From contig NEEC01000023.1 of NCBI GenBank assembly GCA_002189035.1, positions 372,001 through 436,000 on the forward strand: DNA of 64,000 nucleotides. The letters run 5' to 3'. The notes below the pieces were generated by a model. That model searched no databases. It worked only from the letters and a program-made list of their open reading frames with translations, and had not been told where the DNA came from. Made by a program: the position numbers and the translations under genes. Each line of letters begins with the position of its first letter. Within the stretch, counting starts at the first letter, position 1. This DNA is from Utricularia gibba (Eukaryota > Plantae > Magnoliophyta). Positions 53,305-64,000 of the stretch are shown in pieces.

Positions 53305-53694
53305 ATGGAGCACCTCCGGTACACCGGCGACGAGTTCCACGAATCGGAGCTCTGGGAGGGAGAACCCACACCCGCTCCGGGATTCGGGCGGAGCATCTCG
53401 AAGGCTGCGGTGGGCAGACATGCCGCCAAATCGAAGACGCCGCCGATGAGCATCCCTAGCAAGGTTCCAGAATGCGACAAGAGCTGCTGTTGGAGTTTCG
53501 AGGACGACGAGGGGCGGCGCGTGATCCCGCCCCACGAGTGGGTGGCGCGGAGGCAAGGACGGCGCGTGGTGTTCTCGACGTCGGTTTGCGAAGGCGCCGG
53601 CAGGACGCTGAAGGGGAGAGATCTGTGCCGGGTGAGGAACGATGTTCTCAGGAGAACCGGGTTTCTTGAACCCGACTCCGGGATTCTGTTGTAG
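53305..53694 (+). CDS. Senescence regulator S40 (DUF584), intronless
   Basis: EFHESELW, PMSIP, VIPPHEWVARR and SVCEGAGRTLKGRDLCRVRNDVLRRTGFLE. Confidence 0.93.
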   Translation: MEHLRYTGDEFHESELWEGEPTPAPGFGRSISKAAVGRHAAKSKTPPMSIPSKVPECDKSCCWSFEDDEGRRVIPPHEWVARRQGRRVVFSTSVCEGAGRTLKGRDLCRVRNDVLRRTGFLEPDSGILL

Positions 53695-54791
53695 TTTTCT
53701 TGCGTCTCTTGAACCGGGTTTCCTTCCCTTCAAACTTGTATGATACCATCCATGTTCCTATTTCGCCCTCTTTAATTCTTATTAAAAACAAAATTAAGAA
53801 GTTTGTCACGTAGCAAGAAAGGGATGCACCACCCCAACATTGCACAGAAGTGGACATTATCCAATGCACATTGAATCCAATTATCAAAAGTGTCCATTTG
53901 GATAAAGACACGAGTTCTATCTACAGAACTTTAGTTTATTAAATTACCCACAGAAAAAAAAGCAGCCAAATTCACTCATGGGCACATGGTTTTGAGTGCC
54001 CCTGTTTTGAACCCGGTTCTCATTTACTCAATTTTGTATCATGCTTTATAAAACTTACTATATTAGATGTGTTAGAAATCCGGGCATCCTATTTTTAGTG
54101 TATGATAAAATTGACCATTATTAGTTACTAATTTTTGTTTGCATGTGTCTGAAGAATATGCCAGTGACAACTTTGTCCAACTCCAAACCGTCACCTTAAC
54201 GTGTGAAATTAGGCTAAGGCGTCAATAATGTACAAAACCACGTGGGCGGGTGGGCCCCATTGGGGGTCTGTGGTGTCGACCCGGATTAGCGGTCCGTATG
54301 CATCCACTCGGAATCGAGAGGGAATATTCTATTATGTTAATTTAAATAAATAAAATTATTCACCTTTTTTTTTCTGGTGGTCATCGTCACTAAGCATTTT
54401 AACTCATGGAGAGTCGTGATGATCGGGATTGTTGCACCAAGTGGGGCCAGGTGGAAAACCCTGTTCCACAAAAAAGGTGGTAAATTATTTAATTGATTTT
54501 CATATCAAGGTTATTTTTAATGAAAAAAAGTATAAACTATGATGATAGGCCTACTTGGGCCAGGTCTGCAAATTTGGGCCCACTTCCAAAATGAGAGGAG
54601 TCGCATCTTGCCGGCTCACGGGCCTGGGCTCCGGATTTATTTATTTTAAAAAAAGAAATGTGAAAATGAAAATTAATTTTTATAATGAAACTTGAACAAG
54701 GTTTGAAAAAAGCATTGTGGTGCACAGGAGGGAACTCAGGGAAGAGAGTTGTTTGTTATTCACTTGATCGGAATTTGGTGGAAGCGAAAAA

Positions 54792-57700
54792 ATGGGGGGT
54801 ACAGATAAGGAGTGGGAAATCCATCTTCGATCGTTGTCGTCGATCTCCAGAGATTCCACCAACGATTCGGCTTCCGACTCCGCGCTTCTCAATTCAGTTG
54901 CTGGCTCGGGTTTCCCATTTCTTCATGTCATTCACTTAATTGACGGAATGCTGATGTTTTTGCGTGTTTTCTTAGGCGAAGAGGCTATATGAGATTTGCA
55001 AAAGTGGGAATTCTGAAGTGTTGATCGCTAGGGTTTATCCAAACCTGAACAAAATATTCCAACGCGCTGTTTCTTCAGCATCGCAGAGTCAGACATCGAA
55101 CTGCCCTCTGTTGCTGGTACTTCAACAACCTGACTTTTTTATTGAATTAATTGATAACTCTCTTGTATACGTTGAAGCTTGGGAACTGTTGTGGGCTATG
55201 TGAAGTTGAACGGTTCTGGGAGTTTCCATATTTATTTTGTAGAACGATGGATTTTCTGCATAATTCTGGAAAGCATTTCTAATTAAGTTTATATAAATCT
55301 GTCTTTCTTTTGTTATTTAGGTTATTCTTCAGTTTTATCTTGATTTTGGAGACGAAGTTCTGCACGATGCTGATCCTAGTTTGCGGATATTTTTCCGTGC
55401 ATGTTTGAGCCGGTAAGTCAAATAGGCTCCTTTTGTATCTTGATTATGCAGGTTTCCCCGTTGTCTGTTATGAGACGGGTGTCTATCCAGATTTTTTTTA
55501 AAAAAAATTCTTACCAACAATGATTTTCGTAAAAGAAAAGTGGAACTTAGCCATACAATGTCACTTTGGGCCTCCAGTCACCTGTTTTGAATCAAGATTA
55601 TTCAATTGGTCAATGTTGAGTGGTTCCTTGCTCTCTAGTTAATGTTCTGGCGGATTCCATACTCTTGCTATTCCTTTTTAACATGGGGAATTGCCAACTA
55701 AAGCCCATTGTGATGTTCCAACTTTTCTCTGATTATGCAGAATAGTTTAGATCTCTTCAAGGATTCCTTTATTTTATTCTATTCGATGATATAAATCAAT
55801 CCTCTGATCGTTTTTTTAGCCTCATGGATAGAAAGATCATTTCTTTTGGTGCTGAATGGCTTTATGCGTCTGATGTTTTTGCAGGGAATTTGCAGATCCT
55901 GTTGTAGCTGAGGCCACTCTTGAATTTTTATTTTTGAACAAAAAGAAACTCATGAAGGCTTTTCCTACATTACTTCCTCAGGTACAATATGCAGTTCAAT
56001 GTTTGAGGTTAGTTTTGGAAGTGTTTCTGTGTGTGGCTGATGATCGTTTTGATGATGAGGGATTTTTAAACGGACTTTTGTTGTGGTATGCTGTGAATTT
56101 TTTTATGAGATGCTTCTATCTGCTAAAGTATCAAAGATAGCTGTCGTCCTGAAGGAAAATCAAAATTTAAATTCACTGCAATTTGATCCGAATGTAAAAT
56201 TAAGTGCTTGAAAACTAAGTCAAGTTCGATTATATTGACAAGCTTGAAAGGCTTAGCTTTGTTGCTGAATTGTATTTCAAGTTGCATTAAGTCTCTTATA
56301 TGTTTCAATCTGGCAGTTTTTCCCTTTATTCCTGAAATTAATTGCATGGAATGCAGAGAAGTAAGTTCTACTTGCAAACTTCTATTTAATTCTTCAAAAA
56401 GTTTTGGTTGACGAACCTAGATTTGATTAGCTGATGCAGTGTGTTTATTTTCTCAGCCAATGCAGATTGGGGGACTTATTTCTTAGGGTGTTCGAAGGAT
56501 TCTTTGCTCCTGGGTCATTCATCCCCCTCTTTCCATCTCTTCTTGACTTACCTAGTAATTTCTCGCACTTTATTGATTATTATAAACCACGTTTCATGGT
56601 TATGTTTTCAATTGGAGAGGTTGCATGACTTCATTGCGTATGCCACCTGCACAAATGAACAATTGAAAATAATATTTATCAACCATTGTAGTATTCTATC
56701 ATCAAAACTGTTTTAGAATGTCCTGGATGATAGTCTTTTTCCTTTTATCATGTGTAGTATTGGTTGTTGCCATGGAAAAGGTGGAAAGAAGTTCAGGAAC
56801 ACTTGTTGGAAACAGCATTGCATCTATTCAGAAAAGTGCTGCTCCCGAGGTTTATATCTCTTCGCTATGGCTAGATATAAAAAAATTTTCATGCCAAAAT
56901 TGATTCATGCTTGCGTATGATTCAGATGCTGCTTGCTCTTATGGACGAGGCATATACTGGTTCAACCATAGGAGATGGAGGTGCTGATTCAGAATTTGAT
57001 GATAGCACTCCTATTGCTGTAGTGGACCCGCTCTTTCTGGATCTTCTCAAAGATGAGAATGATGGTCTTTCTGTATGATATGCTCTCTATTATGTCAGGC
57101 ATTAAACTGATGAGCATAGGAACCTAGCAGTTTTCTACGAGTTCACTCTACTGTGTTTCTTTCATTTGTCTGTGAAAGAACTACATAAGAGTTGTCTTCC
57201 AATCATTTTGTTAGGTTATTGAGATTTCATGCAAGTTTTTAGTGTATTGAATTACTTGGCAGTTAATAACTGGGTATGTGATTAATTTTCAGGAACGGCA
57301 TTGGGCTTCTCCTGTATTGGCCACTGCACTGCAGGCAGTGATTAGTGCTCCATTATCGAATAGGCTGAAAGAAGCTCTCAAGCTTGCGCCAAGGCTTCTC
57401 AAATCCTATTTCTCATTAGCATTTAATGATGCCAACGATTGTATGACTTCACTTCTCTTATCTTTGAGGTTTATAAACAGATAGATTCTTGGACATGAGC
57501 TGATTCTTCTTACCCTGTTCCAGCCGTAATATGCGCCTTGATTCCATTGGTATTGACAAGATATTCAACTTTATTTCCAGAAAATCTTTTTTTACACGAG
57601 GTAACCTCCATTCTCTATTAAAATGATCCTTTCAAAAGGGTTAGCTGTCCTACTTTTAGTTTTGAAAGGATGGTTGACTACTAGTTCTTAGTCAAGAAAG

Positions 57701-58970
57701 AATTGCTTTCTCATTTCTTAAATCTATCACTTCATTCGGGTCTCAATGTTGTGTTCAAGCTGCTTATAATTCACAAATGCAGGTGCAAAAGAGGCTCATA
57801 GAATTTGTGCTTGCTGCATTTCATCGATCTCCTCATTTTATTGCACTTCTCAAGGTTTTTCACTGGCTAACGCCTTTGCTTTTTATGGTAGTAACATGTC
57901 TCATGCAATGTTGTTTTTTTTTTTTTCGCAGAAGCCAATAGTGGACAGACTTGGAGAAGCACATGAAAGCAGTTCAAAGGTCCGTCTTAGAAAGCTTTAC
58001 AGTTCATTTTCACCTCCCTCCTGATGAGTTTTGTTAAACATCTTGTAGAATGAGTTCAAAGGTCCGTCTTAGAAAGCTTTACAGTTCATTTTCACCTCCC
58101 TCCTGATGAGTTTTGTTAAACATCTTGTAGAATGAGTTGGCATTGCATCTATGTTGGGCCATTGGAGAGTATGGAGGTGGCGGTGACTCTCACAAAGACA
58201 CAGCCCGTGAACTTTTTGAGAGCTTGGAATTACTTCTATATGAGAATCTTTCGTCAAGGTATCATGTGTTTCATTGTCTACATCGATCGATTCTGATGTC
58301 AACATTGTCACAATGACCCCATTTTCTGAATTCATCTCTCTTAAGTCGCTTGGGATTGCCTGAAACAGCTCATGGTTCTGTGAGCTCGAGTGTCAGAAAA
58401 TCTTCTCAGTCTAGGCTGTTATGCTTTGTTCTGACTGCAATAGCAAAGCTTGCAACACGTTATCGTGAATTACAACCAAGGGCCGGTGTTTCCCTGGCCA
58501 AGGTTAGCTATCATTCCTTTTGCTCAGATGCATGTATCAGTCTGTATCATGGCTCCCTTCTCGTCCACAAATATGACAATCACCCGGAGAAAGACTGCCT
58601 TACGGACTGACTGTGATGCCGCTAACTTCTTGCAGGTAGCTCGTTCTCAAACGTCCGATTTGATGACATGTAGACGTGCTCAGGATTATCTAGGACTTAT
58701 GAGTGAGCCGGCGATAGCTCTGTCAGTCCTGGGGCCATCCACCCCATCCGTTGACACAGTCCAACAACCAAGAAGCATCATCAGATGGGGTGAAGGCCAT
58801 GAGAAAATGATCGCTCATATCCCTTTCTATATCCTCAGTGGGCAAGAAGGTAAGCTTTTGTTCATTTGACATTCTGAGCAGACATCCCATATCTTCTTCC
58901 TAACGGAAAACGATGCACAGGCCGGCCTTTCCACGACTTCTCCTTCCTGGATGTATTCCCTGCACAATAG
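54792..58970 (+). CDS. AP5Z1: AP-5 complex subunit zeta-1 (SPG48 homolog), many exons
   Basis: EWEIHLRSLS, VLHDADPSLR, EFADPVVAEATL, MLLALMDEAYTGSTIGDGG, ELALHLCWAIGEYGGGG, QSRLLCFVLTAIAKLAT and PFHDFSF. The exons checked join in frame. Confidence 0.88.
57971..58134 (+). repeat. Perfect 82-bp tandem duplication spanning an entire intron
   Basis: Two identical copies start at 57971 and 58053. Confidence 0.97.
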
Positions 58971-59290
58971 TCAGTGTGCTCCATTTGGGAATATTCCATT
59001 TGCCAATCTTGACTTCCCAGATCAGCCGAATCAGGTAAGTAGATGCTGCTATGGGGAGCTTACCAGAACTCGTATGTGTAATCTTTTCGAACAGAACTTG
59101 TCGAAGATGCTGGTAAACTTGTAAATACCTGAGTCAAGTATGCTGATCGGGAGTGGGCGCCGCCGCGCGTAGTGGCCGGGCGGGGCCCTGCCGGTCTGCC
59201 ACTGTATTTTTTTTTTTTCGGTGAGGACTGACGAGGGCCGCTCTTTTGTCTGCTACTGCCAATCCATAGAGGTAGGAGGGGATGTGGGAC

Positions 59291-59448
59291 ACGTGGCGCC
59301 CACATAATGCGGTGTGAGCTGTAGACGACGACGCCGATGTCATGCCTAACCAATGATGCGCTGTCGGCAACGCCAGCGCGTCGCACTGGATAAGAGCCCT
59401 CCTCAGCCAATCAGCTTCGCCCACGCCGCCCGTAATGGGCCCTATATA
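59291..59448 (+). promoter_or_regulatory. RCI2 promoter: ABRE, DRE/CRT, CCAAT boxes and TATA
   Basis: ACGTGGC at 59291, GCCGAC on the minus strand at 59363-59368, CCAAT near 59350 and 59407, TATATA at 59443. Confidence 0.6.
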
Positions 59449-59539
59449 GCATCCATCTCTCGCTCACCAGTTGCGACGGTTTTTCAAATTTTCATTTACT
59501 CCTAACGGCTGTAACTCGAATCGGAGAAAACCGAAAAAG

Positions 59540-59796
59540 ATGGCGGACGGAACTGCTACGTGCATCGATATTCTCGTCGCCATAATTCTGCCGCCTCTCG
59601 GAGTGTTCCTCAAGTTCGGCCTCGGGGTAATTTCTCGATTTTAGATTTTTTTTTTCTGGATTTCGATGAATTCGTGAATCGCTAATCGCTAATCATGTTC
59701 TTTTTTTTGCAGGTTGAGTTCTGGATTTCCTTGATTTTGACGCTCTTTGGTTACCTACCTGGGATAATTTACGCGGTTTACGCGATCACCAAATAG
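59540..59796 (+). CDS. RCI2: RCI2/PMP3 hydrophobic protein, 2 exons
   Basis: MADGTATCIDILVAIILPPLGVFLKFGLG|VEFWISLILTLFGYLPGIIYAVYAITK*. Confidence 0.95.
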
Positions 59797-60762
59797 ATGT
59801 GGAAGCAAACAATTTCTCTGCGTGATGTCGTTGTTGAAGGATGTGAAGTGAATGAAGGCTGCCGGAATTTGAAACTGTTTTATTATATTGTATGATCTTG
59901 ATCCTCATTGTATATGCATCATTCATTGTGTACTTTTAAGCTCTGCTTGCTTTCTTCGTTTGTATCAATGAGATTTTCTGTTTGATGGAAACTGGTTTTT
60001 CTCCGTTTTAACAACCTGATTCGTAAATGCAGCAGCCTTTTCTTGATTACTGTTTCTAGGTTGCTTTCCCATCCACCGGGAATGACCGGCCGTTTCTTCT
60101 CATTACAACAGTCCCCAATTCCTCCTGCCGAGCAAGACCGGCTAGAAACCAGTAAGTTGCAATGCATCCATTGATGGCAGTCCCCATCCATGACTCACCA
60201 CAGCCTTGATTGTGTCTAAACAAATTTTTTGTTTCCTTGATCTATCCACATTGATTATTCTTCCTGTCATTGTTATGCTGTGATGCTGCCTGATGTCGTC
60301 TTCTTGCTTCCTTTTTATGATTCTACTTGCCTTTTCCTGAACTATACTTGTTCCTGATTACTCACATGCTTCACATCCGCAGATGGCATCGTGTGCCCGT
60401 CCTTGAAAACACATCAACGTTTATGTGGCCCCCTTGCAGGCAGCACTTCTGTCCAACACCTTTCCCAATCCTTGGGAAACAAAATGGAACACCACCCCCC
60501 AATCCCCATCTTCAATTTTTGGTAACATAGATAGTTTATTTAAAATTTTAGTTTTATGATTTAAAATAAAATATAATTTAAGATAAAATATTTTTAACCA
60601 AATTATTGAATGGGAGAAAGAGGAAGGGGTTGTTTTAGGCATTGAATTGATGTAACTAAAATTTGACCCTGGCAGGCAGTTGCATTGATTGCAGTTTTCA
60701 TGGGGAGGGGATTACACGAAAGTACAAAACATATACACCAAGAATTGAATAAACTTGAGAAT

Positions 60763-62214
60763 TCAAAATTGGAAATTATTGCGTAATTGAAACCTGAACC
60801 GTCGCATAACCGAATTCATGGCCACATCGAATGCGTCGGCGCCGCCGTCACTCCCGAACCTGCTGTAGAGCAGCTTCGGGAGAAAGTCGGCGATGGTCTG
60901 CCTCATCCTGTTCACGTCTGCGCGGCTGAACTTCTCCAGCGTCCGCCGGATAATCGTCGTGTCGTTGCGAACGGCACTCCGATCGATGAACGTGGAATAA
61001 GACCGGGCGTCGTGGAGCAGGTGCCATCGGAACTGATCCTCGAAGCTGTCTCTCCAGAAGAACACCGGGATCGAACCGGCGAGCATGCAATCGAACGTGG
61101 ATCTCCGCGTGAATCCGTTGCCTCTGGGTTGGAGGCAGAAGTCGGAGTCCAGGAACGTCTCCAGTATCGCCGGGGATCCCCTGTTGCAACGCGCCTCCGT
61201 GCAATTGACCGCCCTGCACGCCGTCGGTTCGCGGAGGCAGTAGCTCATTAGAACTCCTCGGAAGTCGTCTCGGAAATTCTTGCGGGTCGTGCCGACGAAG
61301 GAGAAGAGGCTCCTTCGTGAGCGCTGAAGGATGAAGGTCTGCCATTGGCGGATCTCGGATTCGGATCTCGGGTGAAAGCCCGTCGGGTAGGGCACGCTGA
61401 TTTCGAGTTCATCCCATTTGTGCCTCTCCACGGACAGACGAAGCACGTTCTTCATCAACGGCATGTGGACGAGTTTGCTGCCCCAGTCGGTGTCGTCGTC
61501 GGTAAGTCGCCGGAAATCCCACGTCAGGCGACCGAGCGTGATGAAATGATTCGACCCGTTGAAGCGCCGCCATGGGTTCTGGTTCTTGACCCAATCGAGC
61601 ATCGCCTCCGCGTGATAATCCCGATCGGTGGAGGTGTAGTTGGACCAGAGATACTTCCCGACGGCGAGCCCCGCGTAGAATGGGATGTAAAACGCCGTCG
61701 CCTTATTTTCATCCACCGTTCTGCACTTGTACTTCATCATCCGTTCGTGGTAAATAACTTCGGCAGCGTACTTGTCCGTCCAGAACCAATCCGACGTGAG
61801 ATTCGCCGGTACTATTCCCTTCAGTTCTCTTGCCGGGGGCCCAAAACCGCCGTTGGACACGGCGTTGCAAGGCGAATCCCACGGGTCCAACTGATGGCAA
61901 TTATCCACAAGCTCCTTATTGAACATTGGGGGCATATCGTAGACAAAGACTCTCCCAAATTTACAATCCTCATCGGCGAAGGCTGCCGCCAACTCAAACC
62001 TCTGCATAGTTCGAGAAGACGGCGTCGTTGAGCTGCTGAGAGCATAGATGAATAGAATCTGCAGGAGGACGGTGACGCACAGCCAGGTGCATTGGTGGCC
62101 GGAGACGTGAGATTTGACGGATTGGAAGGAGGTTTTATGGTCCATTCTCTTGGACGCCTTAGGGGAGTGATGTCCTCCGGCCGAGTACGGCAAGGGACTG
62201 CTGCTCGGCAGCAT
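60763..62214 (-). CDS. XLT2: GT47 exostosin-family xyloglucan galactosyltransferase, XLT2-like, intronless
   Basis: MLPSSSP...CTWLCVTVLLQIL TM segment, VFVYDMPPMFN, FYIPFYAGLAVG, NHFITLGRLTWDFRR, FCLQPRGNGFTRRSTFD and IPVFFW. The ATG at 62214 is preferred. Confidence 0.85.
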   Translation of the reverse strand: MLPSSSPLPYSAGGHHSPKASKRMDHKTSFQSVKSHVSGHQCTWLCVTVLLQILFIYALSSSTTPSSRTMQRFELAAAFADEDCKFGRVFVYDMPPMFNKELVDNCHQLDPWDSPCNAVSNGGFGPPARELKGIVPANLTSDWFWTDKYAAEVIYHERMMKYKCRTVDENKATAFYIPFYAGLAVGKYLWSNYTSTDRDYHAEAMLDWVKNQNPWRRFNGSNHFITLGRLTWDFRRLTDDDTDWGSKLVHMPLMKNVLRLSVERHKWDELEISVPYPTGFHPRSESEIRQWQTFILQRSRRSLFSFVGTTRKNFRDDFRGVLMSYCLREPTACRAVNCTEARCNRGSPAILETFLDSDFCLQPRGNGFTRRSTFDCMLAGSIPVFFWRDSFEDQFRWHLLHDARSYSTFIDRSAVRNDTTIIRRTLEKFSRADVNRMRQTIADFLPKLLYSRFGSDGGADAFDVAMNSVMRRFRFQLRNNFQF

Positions 62215-63681
62215 GAATCGCGGCGGCGTAGCGGCGGAGGAAGCGGGGGAATCAGAAATGGTTACTGGGAGCGGACCCAACAACTGCGAGGAAGAAAAGC
62301 AGTGGTTTTCCCGGCGTGGGCATTTTGGCCAATCAACACCACGATCCCGACATCTGTAGAGCGTCCTGTCGGCGAAATTAAAAAGAAGTACAGACGGCAA
62401 CTGGTACCCATTTACGGTAATACCCCTCCCTATTCCTTTTAAATATAATTAACCTCCACCGACAGCACCTTCCCATGCTTTAGTGTTCTATTAGACAGGG
62501 ATTAAGCAACATAAATTTAATTAGTCCAGTTATTCAATATTATACCCTTTTTTTGTAAAAAAAAAAAATTAGGACTTTCAGGGACCATAATGAGAGATTA
62601 GGAGGAACTTACCTGGAAACCATGACCTTTTTCTGAATTATTTTACCATCTCTCAATTATGTATAGATATATAATAAATTAATTAATTAATCTGTTAATA
62701 AATTGACAATTGATGTAGAAGTGGAGTGGCCCTATTCATCACTTTTGTCGCCCCAAGCACTCAATTCGACCATGAATCAGAAAATTGCACATGTCTCAAT
62801 ATATTGTGTGAAAACAAAAAAATGAGCACTACAAATATATCCTTTTACTTTAGGTTTAATTCAATTTTCTAAGAATGTAATAAATGCATTTTCCATTACA
62901 TACAAGAAACCCTCCTCTAATCCTTCTAACATCTTTTTCAAAAACATATCTATTAAAACACACTATTAATTATAATCCCATAATACATGGATCAATTGAA
63001 TATAAAGAATTCAAACATACATTATTAACCAAACTAACCTACCAGATACTACCATATATTATAATAAAATTTGCTTGTCAGGGGTGTGGGCCCGTGGGTG
63101 GTGGGCGGATGGCGAGTGAGTGGCGTTGGTGATGGGGTGTAGGGCAGCCCGCGGATGGCGGGGTAGATGGATGAGGGTTTTGGTTCTGCTCCAAGACTGA
63201 TTTTGATGGGTTGGCGAGTAAAGAAAGCAACTTGGCACATGAGGCCTGCATCTGATTTCGGGACACCGAGTTACTGGAGTGGCTCGTGGTGGGGCCCCAA
63301 GGCTGTATTTTTTTCTCCCCTTGTTGCTGTTGATTAATATTTATGGCGTCAGTGCATGCATTAGCCTTCGCCACTCTGTTTGGTACGCAGAGGGCTTTTA
63401 AGGCTGTGGGTGGTTGGGTGCTGTGAGATCTGTTACCGTGGTGAATTCCCTTGTGTGGGTTGGGGCTGGGGAGCTGAATCTCACCATGACGGATACTTGA
63501 CACTGAAGGGCTCCCTCCTGTAAGAACAGCCAGGGCTAAGTGTGAAGCTGACTGGACCAAGCTTCCTGGTTCCACTGTTGTTTTGATTCCGGGATATTAA
63601 ATCAACTAACCCCGGCTGTGATTGGGATGGAACGGATGTTGGCTGTCAGGTCATTAGGGGCCTCAGTGCTTGCTTCTTCTG

Positions 63682-63891
63682 ATGGCTGAGATGGGGGCTG
63701 GTTCAGGGAAAGCTGATGGATCATCTTGCTCGTGTGTCATCTCCTTCGTGATGTAGCTTGTTCCTTTTAGGAACATACACATTCTTCTGTTCATCATCTA
63801 ACTCCTGTGTAGTGCCTGCTTCGAGCGGTGTTTAGGCAATACTGAAGAATCTTCTAGTAAGCATGAAACCTTACTTCAAGAACTGATGAAG
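63682..63891 (+). CDS. Possible first exons of a gene running off the window
   Basis: Tentative MAEMGAGSGKADGSSC|SACFERCLGNTEESSSKHETLLQELMK ending at AAG|GT. Not recognised. Confidence 0.2.
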
Positions 63892-64000
63892 GTTATTAAT
63901 ACTTCCCACCTGCAAATTCCAGAGATAAAGTACAAGCATATTATACTACATAAATTCCAAGAGTATAAGACATATCTCCTAAGATAATTTCAGGTTCACA

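Noticed and set aside
59281-59290. GTCCCACATC on the minus strand matches the plant snRNA USE (a similar match lies at 88-98)
   Set aside because: No TATA at the required spacing and no U-snRNA, 7SL or telomerase RNA sequence follows.
60050-60152. Imperfect hairpin downstream of RCI2 (TTTCTAG...CTAGAAA)
   Set aside because: The stem is too short and bulged for a pre-miRNA and matches no conserved miRNA I know.
15502-62214. Cell-wall or biosynthetic gene cluster (XTH, XLT2, CASPL, TAT)
   Set aside because: The genes are far apart, interleaved with unrelated housekeeping genes, and follow ancestral eudicot order.
60787-62442. Several long overlapping ORFs around XLT2 (also 34038-34652 and 3511-3958)
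   Set aside because: GC-rich coding shadows of recognised genes.
63078-63575. 165-aa minus-strand ORF
   Set aside because: Non-ATG start, low complexity and no motif; splice signals favour a plus-strand gene here.

Overview
This is plant (eudicot) nuclear DNA, not prokaryotic. It is very gene-dense: about 25 genes in 64 kb, introns mostly 70-200 nt, several intergenic gaps of 300-500 bp, and almost no transposon sequence. That fits a highly compact genome such as Lentibulariaceae, but the species cannot be established from the sequence. Genes in order: NFD6-like, tyrosine aminotransferase, EAR-type ERF, LDL2, ARF-GAP AGD5, a tandem DUF3774 wound-responsive group, XTH, PRS4, a plastid coiled-coil protein, RLCK-V kinase, decayed NTMC2T6, CAT8, VQ protein, CASPL2A, L18a-like membrane protein, POLD3, Tubby-like F-box (nonsense codon), TTL, a repeat-expanded STIG1/GRIM REAPER-like protein, SDE5, S40, AP-5 zeta, RCI2 and XLT2. 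No CRISPR, rRNA, tRNA or autonomous TE was found. The most notable items are: (1) a STIG1 precursor with six 28-aa Cys repeats (40 Cys, against the canonical 16) behind an acidic pro-segment; (2) a perfect 82-nt duplication of a whole intron in AP5Z1 that creates a 13-nt poison micro-exon; (3) a TATA-driven spliced 35-codon ORF convergent on XTH; (4) two apparent pseudogenes. Four single-base deletions in C/G homopolymers break otherwise intact genes, including POLD3, and are most likely assembly errors. Gene models were read by eye. Family names and Arabidopsis synteny are from memory, not from a database search. I do not see a clearly new multi-gene system here.
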